Virus record (IMG/VR): IMGVR_UViG_3300045412_000368
Direction: 5' to 3' (one strand)
Length of the DNA stretch: 64,000 nucleotides
From: an uncultured virus (IMG/VR IMGVR_UViG_3300045412_000368)
Lineage: Duplodnaviria; Heunggongvirae; Uroviricota; Caudoviricetes
A program made the position numbers and the translations under genes. Under the pieces are notes generated by a model. That model did not search any database. It had not been told where the DNA came from and saw only the letters and a program-made list of their open reading frames with translations. Below are positions 8,808-18,062 of this stretch, piece by piece (positions within the stretch are counted from its first letter, which is position 1; each line of letters starts with the position of its first letter).

Positions 8808-9520
8808 TCACCGTATATTTCTAACACCTCTCTTACGACTTGATGTCTCTCAATATCCTTAGCTTCAAACTTAACAATATCAATATGTTCTGTTCTTTTC
8901 TTTTTCCCTAATAGGTTGCAAAACTCGACCAAACCGTTATCTGCAATACGATCTGCTTGTGCTAGATCTCCTGTGACTACCATACGGCTTTGATCACCCA
9001 AACGTGTTAGCAGCATTTTCATTTGATTTGCTGTAGCATTCTGCATCTCATCGGCTATAATCCAGGCACGTTTGAATGTGCGTCCTCTCATATAGGCCAA
9101 GGGACTGATTTCTATGACTCCTTCACTTAACATTTCTATTATATCTCTTTGGCTATAATATTCTCCTAAAACGTCAAATATAGGCTTGGTCCATGGCTCC
9201 ATTTTTTGATTAAGTGTACCAGGTAAAAAACCTAAGTCTTCATCTACACTAACGGCGGGTCTTGTAACTATGAGCTTGTCTGCTTTGCCTTCTTGAAAAA
9301 ACTTTATTCCAGCTTGAACTGCCAGTAATGTTTTGCCTGTACCTGCTGGTCCTATGGCAAATAATATACTATTATCTTCATTTTGTAGTTTTTGAATATA
9401 GTTTTTTTGTGCTTCATTGCGAGGATAAAGGTTTACCCTAGAACTTTTTTTTGGAATGTATGATGCAAAATCAATTACATTTACATTTGAGGTAAAGCGT
9501 TTTTTCACTCTTTTGCTCAT
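8804..9520 (-). CDS. phoH: PhoH-like ATPase
   Basis: GPAGTGKT, TRPAV, LGFLPG, YMRGRTF, DEMQN, GDLAQ. Confidence 0.95.
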   Translation of the reverse strand: MSKRVKKRFTSNVNVIDFASYIPKKSSRVNLYPRNEAQKNYIQKLQNEDNSILFAIGPAGTGKTLLAVQAGIKFFQEGKADKLIVTRPAVSVDEDLGFLPGTLNQKMEPWTKPIFDVLGEYYSQRDIIEMLSEGVIEISPLAYMRGRTFKRAWIIADEMQNATANQMKMLLTRLGDQSRMVVTGDLAQADRIADNGLVEFCNLLGKKKRTEHIDIVKFEAKDIERHQVVREVLEIYGD

Positions 9521-9527
9521 CCAGTAA

Positions 9528-9596
9528 CTCCTACTATAGAAAAGTAGGACTTGTAGTACCGCCCGATATCTACAGAGGTCCTACATTTTTTATTTA
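9528..9596 (-). promoter_or_regulatory. Late promoter core and structured 5' leader of phoH
   Basis: TAAATA on minus strand (9591-9596) followed by a two-stem hairpin at 9544-9584 and an alternative SD-occluding stem at 9529-9549. Confidence 0.5.
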
Positions 9597-9670
9597 ACCT
9601 TCTATGAAATTATTATAAGATTACGCTATAATTCAACGTTGATAAATAATAATGTTAAGCTGAGTTCATT

Positions 9671-10252
9671 ATGAAAGATATTTTAGACGTTATACGCAAT
9701 ATTGATACAATCTATAATAATAACAATAATTTGGCTGTTCTTAAAGATTTTGAACGTGTTTTAGATGAAATGGATATCTATGTTTATGACAACTGGATAG
9801 ACGGAGAGCTAATAAGTGGTCCTAAAATAGATAGACACTGGGTTGGTGCTGAATTTATGTGGCCAAATAAAAAAATGCCTGATCCTGATGGGGCTAAACG
9901 TCTTATAGAAATAGGTTGCCGTGTAAAATTCACGAAAGAAGAAATTATAGAACCACGAAAAATACGCACTCCAGATGATTTTAGACCAGGTACCAAAAAA
10001 GGTAAACTTGATGTTAGACCTATATGGGTAGTAAAAATATTAATGCCAAAAAAATTAGTTTTTGATATTTTTAATAGTTATATGGATCGTATTAGAGAAG
10101 AACGTAAGGGCGATCCAAAAGAACCACAAAAAATGCAACCACCAGCGGGAGCAGCAGCACCAGCGGGAGGAGCAGCACCAGCGGGAGGAGCAGCACCAGC
10201 GGGAGGAGCAGCACCAGCGGGAGGAGCAGCACCAGCGGGAGCACCAAAGTAA
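9671..10252 (+). CDS. Hypothetical phage protein with C-terminal AAPAGG repeats
   Basis: 193-aa ORF; GATAAATA at 9641. Confidence 0.75.
   Translation: MKDILDVIRNIDTIYNNNNNLAVLKDFERVLDEMDIYVYDNWIDGELISGPKIDRHWVGAEFMWPNKKMPDPDGAKRLIEIGCRVKFTKEEIIEPRKIRTPDDFRPGTKKGKLDVRPIWVVKILMPKKLVFDIFNSYMDRIREERKGDPKEPQKMQPPAGAAAPAGGAAPAGGAAPAGGAAPAGGAAPAGAPK
10140..10246 (+). repeat. 18-bp tandem repeat GCAGCACCAGCGGGAGGA (~5 copies)
   Basis: Seen directly. Confidence 0.9.
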
Positions 10253-10986
10253 TGCAAATAAATGAAACATTACAAGCAGGCGATCTAAAATTTTTAGTCA
10301 GTAGCGTGATTGAAATTGATAGCTACAAAAGTAAAATTGGCGATGATAGTAAAATGATAGTCATTAGTTTTAATGTTGATAATAAGGAACCGGCTGATGA
10401 TCTATCTAGATTTTTAGAACTTGGATATGATTGGATCGTAGATGCTGATGCTACTGATGGTCCTATTGGTACTGGCAAATATAAGGTTTTTGTAGAAATT
10501 GAACGTAATCGACATGCTCCTGAAAGAATAATGATAATGTTAAATGCTTTACGTAAACTTACATATATAGAAAATTTTAGATTTAGATACTATAAAAGTT
10601 TTAAAACACACATAGTTAATAACGAAACCCTAAAAAACTTAGTACCATTAGATAAAGAGGCTTATGCAATAAGCATAAAAGAAAATAGATTAAATAACTT
10701 TAGCAATTTTTTTAATCGTAGTTATTTAGAAAATATAGAAATGCTAGACCATGATATCACATTTAACAAAATGTTTGCTGAAAGTATACGCATGACATTT
10801 AAAGATTTTGGTCCAATTAAGGATATTTATGAACGTTTAGGTGGACGAATTGATATTAATCAATCTGCTATAAGCGAAGGACTTTTCTTAACTAAATATT
10901 TAGGAAATTATAATATAACAAAAGTAGGGAACAATTTTGTTTTTGAAAATGAAGATCAAGCACTAGTATTGGAGAGAATCAAATGA
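10252..10986 (+). CDS. Hypothetical protein
   Basis: 244-aa ORF coupled to both neighbours. Confidence 0.75.
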   Translation: MQINETLQAGDLKFLVSSVIEIDSYKSKIGDDSKMIVISFNVDNKEPADDLSRFLELGYDWIVDADATDGPIGTGKYKVFVEIERNRHAPERIMIMLNALRKLTYIENFRFRYYKSFKTHIVNNETLKNLVPLDKEAYAISIKENRLNNFSNFFNRSYLENIEMLDHDITFNKMFAESIRMTFKDFGPIKDIYERLGGRIDINQSAISEGLFLTKYLGNYNITKVGNNFVFENEDQALVLERIK

Positions 10987-11618
10987 GTTTTATTTTTGAT
11001 TTTACCAAAGACCAATTGGAGCAAATGATACCAGATAACCCATATACTGATTATTGGTTCGATGCTTTATATACTATATTACCTGATTACCAAATCAATA
11101 CACCAAAACGAGTAGCAGCATTTATTGCTCAGTGTGCTCATGAAAGTGGTGAATTTAAATTCCTAAAAGAAAATCTAAATTATAGGGCAGCCAGCCTACG
11201 CAAAGTATTTCCAAAATATTTTCCCGACGATGCTATTGCAAGGTCATATGCTAATAAGCCAGAACGTATTGCTAATCGTGTTTATGCCAATCGTATGGGC
11301 AATGGTCCAGAAGAATCAGGTGATGGCTATAGGTATTGCGGCAGAGGACTTATACAATTAACGGGAAAAAATAATTATACATTTTTTGCTGGCAGTTTAA
11401 ACATTACTGTAGAGGAAGCAGCTGAATATTTGGAAACCTTTGAAGGTGCTGTACAGGGTGGCAGTTTCTTTTGGGAAATGAATAATCTTAATACTTGGGC
11501 TGATCAAGGTGATATATTGACATTGACTAAAAAGATTAATGGTGGTACTCTTGGTCTGGCAGATCGTGAAAAGCATTATAAACATGCTTTACACATATTT
11601 GGAGTAAACTTATGTTAA
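10983..11618 (+). CDS. Glycoside hydrolase family 19 endolysin
   Basis: FIAQCAHESG, ENLNY, YCGRGLIQLTG, KINGG. Confidence 0.92.
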   Translation: MSFIFDFTKDQLEQMIPDNPYTDYWFDALYTILPDYQINTPKRVAAFIAQCAHESGEFKFLKENLNYRAASLRKVFPKYFPDDAIARSYANKPERIANRVYANRMGNGPEESGDGYRYCGRGLIQLTGKNNYTFFAGSLNITVEEAAEYLETFEGAVQGGSFFWEMNNLNTWADQGDILTLTKKINGGTLGLADREKHYKHALHIFGVNLC

Positions 11619-12085
11619 TGTGGCTGATCGAACACTGGCTACTTAATTTACCAGGTGAATTTTGGATCCTACTTGCCGGTTTAGGATTTATAGCATTTTT
11701 CTTTGCTAGTATATTCAGTCATATTCCATTCCTACGTCCTTATATGATGTTTGTTAAACCTGTAGGTGGCTTGATTGTTTTGGGCAGTGTTTTTATGTAT
11801 GGTGGCACTGAACTCAATAATATATGGGAGGAACGTGTTAAACAGGCACAGGAACAAGTGGCTGCCAAAGAGCTTGAGGCTGAGGAAATAAACAAAAAAT
11901 TAGCGGCAGAGCGTAAAAAGAAACAGGAAGTTAGACTTGAATATAGAACTACAGTTAAAACAGAAATACAAACCAGTAAAGAATATATTGACAAGGAATG
12001 TAAGTTTGAGAGTGAAATAAACAAACTACATAACAAAGCAGCACGTAATATATTGGATACTAACCCAGTGGAGAAAAACGATTGA
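11612..12085 (+). CDS. Inner-membrane spanin (Rz-like)
   Basis: N-terminal TM segments plus periplasmic coiled coil; lies between the endolysin and a lipoprotein. Confidence 0.7.
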   Translation: MLMWLIEHWLLNLPGEFWILLAGLGFIAFFFASIFSHIPFLRPYMMFVKPVGGLIVLGSVFMYGGTELNNIWEERVKQAQEQVAAKELEAEEINKKLAAERKKKQEVRLEYRTTVKTEIQTSKEYIDKECKFESEINKLHNKAARNILDTNPVEKND

Positions 12086-12348
12086 AAATTGCTGTCCTAC
12101 TATTAGCAATATTGCTGGCAGGATGTACTACTACCCAACCAGCTCCAATTAGGCAAGCTTGGCCCAATGTGGATAAAAATAATTTAATAGCCTGTCCTAA
12201 TCTTAAGGAAGTTCCTGAAACAAATACCAGTCTAACTGATATGCTATTGGTCGTACAAGATAATTACGGCCAATATTATACTTGTAAAGATCGTGTGGAT
12301 GCTTGGATCAAATGGTATAATTCACAAAAAAAGAACTTTATGGAGTAA
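12082..12348 (+). CDS. Outer-membrane spanin lipoprotein (Rz1-like)
   Basis: Lipobox LLAGC, Pro-rich stretch, two further Cys. Confidence 0.75.
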   Translation: MKIAVLLLAILLAGCTTTQPAPIRQAWPNVDKNNLIACPNLKEVPETNTSLTDMLLVVQDNYGQYYTCKDRVDAWIKWYNSQKKNFME

Positions 12349-12350
12349 TT

Positions 12351-12590
12351 ATGTTTCAATGGATATTAAATTTATTTTTAAGCTCTGAGCGTAAAGCCAA
12401 ATATGCTATAGACGAATTCAATCGTATTAAAAAGGAATTAGGCCAAGCACAGGCTAAAGCATTGACTTGTATAGAACTAGCTTATGAGCAGGACATTAAA
12501 AGAGCAGAAAAATCAACGACTAAGGATATGGCTTTACTGGCTGCTCAACATAAGTATAACGAACTAAAAGATTCAGTAGAATTAAAGTAA
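12351..12590 (+). CDS. Hypothetical protein
   Basis: ORF with SD GGAG. Confidence 0.6.
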   Translation: MFQWILNLFLSSERKAKYAIDEFNRIKKELGQAQAKALTCIELAYEQDIKRAEKSTTKDMALLAAQHKYNELKDSVELK

Positions 12591-12611
12591 ATACATTGTT
12601 GGGAGCGACTA

Positions 12612-13103
12612 ATGGCATATGACTACAGTAAAATGAGTGATAGTGAACGTAAAAGAGAAGATTGGATGAATAGCAAATGGCGGCCAATGATGGGTTGGCT
12701 TTATATGGCAACTTGTACTTTTGACTTTATAATATTTCCTATGATATTTGCCATATTACAAACTATGATCCAAGGACAAGTTGTTCAATGGCAACCACTT
12801 ACACTTCAAGGTGCAGGACTATATCATATAGCCATGGGTGCAGTTTTGGGTCTTGCAGCCTGGGGTCGCACACAAGAAAAATTGACTGGAACAAATAATG
12901 GCGGACTTTCACCCGTATCACAAAGCTTTTCAACATATGGCAATGATGAAAGATTTGGAAAACCTATTATGACGCCAACAAAATTTTATTCAGCTAACTC
13001 ATTTGGTGGATCAAATACTCCACAAGTAGATAGTTGGGGTCAAGTACGTAGCAGTAGTAAGGGTAAACCAATGCCTGGTCAACCCACATTCCCAGAATTA
13101 TAA
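12612..13103 (+). CDS. Holin (GTA 3TM holin-like)
   Basis: KWRPMMGWLY...GAVLGLAAWGRTQEK; hydrophobic helices; lysis context. Confidence 0.75.
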   Translation: MAYDYSKMSDSERKREDWMNSKWRPMMGWLYMATCTFDFIIFPMIFAILQTMIQGQVVQWQPLTLQGAGLYHIAMGAVLGLAAWGRTQEKLTGTNNGGLSPVSQSFSTYGNDERFGKPIMTPTKFYSANSFGGSNTPQVDSWGQVRSSSKGKPMPGQPTFPEL

Positions 13104-13112
13104 GGTGTCATT

Positions 13113-13343
13113 ATGAAACTATTTTTAATAGCATTGGTATTAACTTTTTGTTTAACTATGCCATCATATGCTGATAACAGCTCAGAAACTAGAAAAATAT
13201 GTGTTAATTTACAGGATAAAAATGGGCAGCCAATAATAAATCCAAAGACCAATACACCCAAGCAGGAGTGTAAAGAAGTTAAAGTACATAAAAAATATGA
13301 AGCAACAAAGATTGAAGATGTCAACAAAGACACAAAAAAATAA
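13113..13343 (+). CDS. Small exported protein
   Basis: Signal peptide ending SYA; two Cys. Confidence 0.65.
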   Translation: MKLFLIALVLTFCLTMPSYADNSSETRKICVNLQDKNGQPIINPKTNTPKQECKEVKVHKKYEATKIEDVNKDTKK

Positions 13344-13370
13344 TATCAACTTAATCTAGTAGGTTAAATA

Positions 13371-13399
13371 TTAAGGCTGTACTAACAGCCTTAATTTTT
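13371..13399 (+). terminator. Hairpin TTAAGGCTGT-ACTA-ACAGCCTTAA with T run (terminator-like or leader structure)
   Basis: 10-bp perfect inverted repeat right after TAAATA (13365-13370) and before the dnaJ ATG. Confidence 0.5.
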
Positions 13400-14269
13400 A
13401 TGAATTATTACGATATACTTGGAATAGAAAGAGGAGCAAGTCCTCAAGATATTAAAACCGCTTACAGAAAGTTGGCCATGGAACATCACCCTGATAGAGG
13501 CGGTGATGAGAGTAAGTTTCAACGTATTAGTCAAGCATATGATACACTTAGTGATCCTAATAAACGTAGCAGATATGATGACGAAATAAACATTCAAGCA
13601 CAGTTCAATACCGGTAACTTCCGTAGTTTTGAAGACATACACAATGTACACAATATGTTTAATGATTTATTTGATCGACACGGTTTTAACTTTGGGGGAC
13701 GTCCTAGATCATGGCATGGTCAAACTCGTGCTAAAAACTTAGATCTGAACATCAAGTGTAAAATTACTCTATTAGATAGTTTTATAGGTAAGGATTTAGA
13801 AGCACATTATTCTATGCCTAGTGGTCGTAAAGAAACCGTAGTAATCAATATACCACCTGGAATTAAAAGTGGGGAAACTATAGTTTTTAGAGGAATGGGT
13901 GATGATACATATCCACAAGTGCAAAGGGGTAACTTAAATATAACTATAGAAGTTGCACAAGACTTAAATTTTATACGACGTGGGGATGATATAACTACAA
14001 TTATTGAAATTGATCCTATTGAGGCAATGATAGGCTGTGTTAAGCCTATTGAAAATATTAATGGAACACTGCTGCAATTAAAAATAAAAGCCGGCACTAC
14101 TCATGGAGGAGAATATATAATAGCTAATATGGGGTTTAAAAACTTACGTACAGATCGTATGGGCAATCTAGTTGTTATTGTTTATATAAGAATTCCTGAG
14201 ATAAAAAATAAAAATATAATAAAAAAACTAGAGGAAATAAAAAATGAAATTGATAACCTATCCAAATGA
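13400..14269 (+). CDS. dnaJ: DnaJ/CbpA-type co-chaperone lacking the zinc finger
   Basis: J domain with HPD; G/F-rich linker; C-terminal domain. Confidence 0.92.
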   Translation: MNYYDILGIERGASPQDIKTAYRKLAMEHHPDRGGDESKFQRISQAYDTLSDPNKRSRYDDEINIQAQFNTGNFRSFEDIHNVHNMFNDLFDRHGFNFGGRPRSWHGQTRAKNLDLNIKCKITLLDSFIGKDLEAHYSMPSGRKETVVINIPPGIKSGETIVFRGMGDDTYPQVQRGNLNITIEVAQDLNFIRRGDDITTIIEIDPIEAMIGCVKPIENINGTLLQLKIKAGTTHGGEYIIANMGFKNLRTDRMGNLVVIVYIRIPEIKNKNIIKKLEEIKNEIDNLSK

Positions 14270-14771
14270 TATATTAAGGGAAAAAATGGCAAATTTTGAC
14301 TTTAGCCATCCAGTTATGGATCCAGTGCTTATGGAAAAAGAAATGGTGGAGTTAATGATCACAAATCGGGGAATAGGATTAAGTGCCAATCAAGTTGGTA
14401 TTAGAGCAAGAGTTATAACAATATTTCCAAAAGATTTAAGTTTAGAGATGGGTCCATTCGCCATGTTTAATCCTGTATTACGTGCAGCAAGTAATGAACA
14501 AATTGAATCAATTGAGGGATGTTTAAGTTTTCCAAAGATACTCATACCGGTAAAACGTCCAAAAACTATTATGGCAGAATATCTTGACAATCAAGGTAAT
14601 TCTTGTGTAATATCATTGACTGATATAGATGCAAAATGTTTTTTACATGAACTAGATCACTTAGATGGTATATGCTTTATAGATCGTGTTAGTAAACTTA
14701 AACAAGATTTAACAATGCGTAAGTTCAATAAATTAAGGAAAAAATATGGTAGAGCCCAGCGACAGTCTTAA
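14244..14771 (+). CDS. def: Peptide deformylase
   Basis: GIGLSANQ, EGCLS, HELDH motifs. Confidence 0.95.
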   Translation: MKLITYPNDILREKMANFDFSHPVMDPVLMEKEMVELMITNRGIGLSANQVGIRARVITIFPKDLSLEMGPFAMFNPVLRAASNEQIESIEGCLSFPKILIPVKRPKTIMAEYLDNQGNSCVISLTDIDAKCFLHELDHLDGICFIDRVSKLKQDLTMRKFNKLRKKYGRAQRQS

Positions 14772-16998
14772 AGCAGTATTTGAAAAAGCTCTAGAGTTAG
14801 CTAAAACATTTAAACATGAATACCTTACGATTGAACACTTATTGTTCAGTATGCTTAATGAGGAACAGTTTCAAAAAACTATTCAAGGCTACGGGGCAGA
14901 TCCTGAATACATTAAAAAGAATCTTGAACACTATTTAAAACATAAACTTGATGATATTATTAAAGAAAATGCTGTAAAGCCAAAAAAGACACAAGCTGTA
15001 GAACGTGTTCTTAATCGTGCCTTTACACAAGCCTTATTTAATGGTCGTCAAACTATGGAGCTTAGTGATGTATTCCTTAGTATCATGGGTGAAAAACGTA
15101 GTTTTGCTAGTTATTATATCCAACAGGCAGGAATTGAAAAAAATAAATTTGCTGACTACTTGAACAATGAAATTCAGAATGAAGAAGAAGAAATTAATGA
15201 TGGTCAAGTTGATAGGGCACTTAAAGCATTTACAAGTAATTTGAATGAAAGTGTTAAGAAACAAAAAATTGATCCGGTTATTGGACGTATTGTTGAATTA
15301 GAAAATATTGCTTTAGCCATGGGTAGACGTAGTAAAAATAATGTTTTACTAGTTGGTGATCCTGGAGTTGGTAAAACTGCTATTGCTGAAGGGCTGGCTT
15401 ATAATATTGTAAAAGGATATGTTCCTGAATTCTTAAAAGATTATACTGTATATAATTTAGATATCAGTGCGATGTTAGCAGGAAGTAAATATAGAGGTGA
15501 TTTTGAAGAAAGGTTTAAACTTGTTCTAAAGGGACTACAGAATAAAGGTAAAACTATTTTATTCATTGATGAAGCACATATGATTACAGGTGCAGGAAGC
15601 GCAGGAAATAGTGCTAATGATCTTGCAAATATGATGAAACCTGCTTTAAGTAAGGGCAACATTAAAGTAGTAGCCAGTACAACTTGGGAAGAATACCGTA
15701 AATACTTTGAAAAAGATCGTGCCCTAATGCGTAGATTCCAACGTATTACTATTGATGAACCTAACTACGAAACAACTGTTCAAATCTTGAAAGGTATCAA
15801 AAAATACTATGAACAGTTTCATAAAGTTAAAATCACCGAGGAAGGTCTTAATGCTGCTGTAAAACTCAGTATAAAATACTTAACAGATAAGAAACTTCCT
15901 GATAAAGCCATTGACTTAATTGATTGTGCTTGTAGTCGTTTCAATCTAAAATTAGATCAAGAAAGAGTAGTAGGCGAAAATGAAATTCAATACGAATTAG
16001 CTCAAATAATTCAAATACCAGAAGAACAGATCGCAGAAACAGAAAGTAATAATTTAGCAAACTTAGAAATGCAAATTAATTCTGAAGTATTTGGTCAAGA
16101 CCAAGCAGTTACAGAACTTGTTGATAAAATACTTGTTTCTCGTGCTGGACTTAAACCTGAGAATAAACCTATAGGATCGTTTGTATTCATGGGCCCAACT
16201 GGTTGTGGTAAAACAGAAACTGCTAAAATATTGGCTAAACATCTCGGTATAAAACTTATACGTTTTGATATGAGTGAATATCAAGAAAAACACAGTGTAA
16301 GTAAACTAATTGGCAGTCCCCCAGGTTACGTTGGCTTTGAAGAAAATGCAGGTTTACTGATTACACAAATTCAGGAAAACCCCTATAGCGTATTATTATT
16401 TGACGAAGTTGAAAAAAGCCATCCAGATGTAAGTACAATCTTATTACAAATGATGGATAATGGCTTTGTTACTGGCAGTAATGGTAAAAAAGCTGATTGT
16501 AGAAATGTTATATTGATCCTTACTACTAATGCTGGCGCACAGGCTGCTGAAAAGAACCAAATTGGTTTTGGTAAACAGGAAAAGGACTATGATGATAAAG
16601 ATCTCAAAAAATTCTTTGCTCCTGAATTTAGAAACAGACTGGATGCAATTATTACCTTTGGCAAATTAGGTAAGGATACAATGTATAGAATTGTTGTTAA
16701 ATTTATTAACGAACTAAAACAACAAGTATCAGATAAAAACATTCGCATTAAAATTAATGATGCTGCTATAAATCACTTAATTGAACTGGGGTTTGACAAT
16801 AAAATGGGTGCCCGTCCATTGCAACGTGTTATTGACAAGGAGATCAAACGTCCCCTTAGTCGCATGATGTTATTTGGTGAACTTAAGGATGGTGGCAGTT
16901 TAACAATAACTCTTGAAGAAGGTAAAATTATACTAACTAAACGTGTAAAACAACCAAAAGTAGTAACAAATGAACCATCTCACATTATTACCAACTAA
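14746..16998 (+). CDS. clpA: ClpA-type AAA+ unfoldase
   Basis: Clp N domain; two AAA modules (GDPGVGKT, GPTGCGKT); no ClpB middle domain; IGF loop. Confidence 0.92.
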   Translation: MVEPSDSLKAVFEKALELAKTFKHEYLTIEHLLFSMLNEEQFQKTIQGYGADPEYIKKNLEHYLKHKLDDIIKENAVKPKKTQAVERVLNRAFTQALFNGRQTMELSDVFLSIMGEKRSFASYYIQQAGIEKNKFADYLNNEIQNEEEEINDGQVDRALKAFTSNLNESVKKQKIDPVIGRIVELENIALAMGRRSKNNVLLVGDPGVGKTAIAEGLAYNIVKGYVPEFLKDYTVYNLDISAMLAGSKYRGDFEERFKLVLKGLQNKGKTILFIDEAHMITGAGSAGNSANDLANMMKPALSKGNIKVVASTTWEEYRKYFEKDRALMRRFQRITIDEPNYETTVQILKGIKKYYEQFHKVKITEEGLNAAVKLSIKYLTDKKLPDKAIDLIDCACSRFNLKLDQERVVGENEIQYELAQIIQIPEEQIAETESNNLANLEMQINSEVFGQDQAVTELVDKILVSRAGLKPENKPIGSFVFMGPTGCGKTETAKILAKHLGIKLIRFDMSEYQEKHSVSKLIGSPPGYVGFEENAGLLITQIQENPYSVLLFDEVEKSHPDVSTILLQMMDNGFVTGSNGKKADCRNVILILTTNAGAQAAEKNQIGFGKQEKDYDDKDLKKFFAPEFRNRLDAIITFGKLGKDTMYRIVVKFINELKQQVSDKNIRIKINDAAINHLIELGFDNKMGARPLQRVIDKEIKRPLSRMMLFGELKDGGSLTITLEEGKIILTKRVKQPKVVTNEPSHIITN

Positions 16999-17620
16999 GA
17001 AAACCAATAAGTTATTTTTAGACAAATATAGGTATAAAGTAGTTTTAACAACTAAATTTGCGCCGTTATTTAGAAATAAAGACATTAATAGTATTATTAA
17101 TAAGATAGAATTTTGGAAAAATATTGAAAAGTTTCCACCATACGTTTACGGGGGTAATAAGTCTGACTATGACATTGCAATAAACATAGCTAATACTATA
17201 AATTCTATAAATGCAGAATATAAAGTTATGGTTAGTAACCCTAGGGTAAGTTTTTATACTGATAATGAAACTGATTTTAATATTTTAACTAAAATCCTTA
17301 AAAATCAAATTAGATTTATCAGTATTCCGTCTAAAACAGATGTAGTTTTTGAAAAAAATACCATTTATCTAAAATATATAAACTTTGACTATAAAATTAC
17401 AATATCTAACTGTATAAATAATAAACAAAGTTTTTTAAATTGGTGTAAAGATAATAACAAAATTCGTATGTCCAAAAATTGTCAACGCCACCTTATGCGT
17501 GGTCTTAAAAAAGGCTATAGCTACTTTTATGTTAAAGATGCCAAAAGTTTGAGCGTAGTCCAAATGTTTATAGGATCAAATATACATCGTATTGACCGTG
17601 TAATTAAAATTATTTCGTAA
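16970..17620 (+). CDS. Hypothetical protein
   Basis: 216-aa basic ORF. Confidence 0.7.
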   Translation: MNHLTLLPTKKTNKLFLDKYRYKVVLTTKFAPLFRNKDINSIINKIEFWKNIEKFPPYVYGGNKSDYDIAINIANTINSINAEYKVMVSNPRVSFYTDNETDFNILTKILKNQIRFISIPSKTDVVFEKNTIYLKYINFDYKITISNCINNKQSFLNWCKDNNKIRMSKNCQRHLMRGLKKGYSYFYVKDAKSLSVVQMFIGSNIHRIDRVIKIIS

Positions 17621-17675
17621 CAGAGGCTGTTTCTAATAGTGTAATATTGATAAATATTGCATAGGGTTGGCTATT

Positions 17676-18062
17676 ATGAAACTATACGAAATGTTTGGCA
17701 ATAAAGAATTACCTGTTGAGGATATGTTAAAAACAAAATCTCACAACAAGGTAAAAGATGAAAAAAATAAATTTGGCTTTGATTTAGCTGAGGACCTAGT
17801 TTTTTTCATGCATAATAATGATGATTTTTATCGGCGTCATTTTTTCCCCATACTAAAAACTTGTAAAACACAATTTGAAAATGGTGGTAAATTTAGTCAT
17901 AGAATTTTTAAACCTCTCATAGAAAAAGCATATACAGCATATAAAGAAGAATTTCCTATTCGTGAGTTAGATGACAGTTTAGAAGAAAATTTTACTGAAG
18001 AAGTTGCTAAAATAATTTATGATACTGAACTTAAAAATCTTGAGGATGATCTTTATAAATGA
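17676..18062 (+). CDS. Hypothetical, probable head-associated protein
   Basis: ATG start MKLYEMF; GATAAATA at 17649. Confidence 0.7.
   Translation: MKLYEMFGNKELPVEDMLKTKSHNKVKDEKNKFGFDLAEDLVFFMHNNDDFYRRHFFPILKTCKTQFENGGKFSHRIFKPLIEKAYTAYKEEFPIRELDDSLEENFTEEVAKIIYDTELKNLEDDLYK

Noticed and set aside
10062..10265. QREEQH-repeat ORF and the WCCSSR antisense ORF
   Set aside because: Frame shadows of the 18-bp repeat
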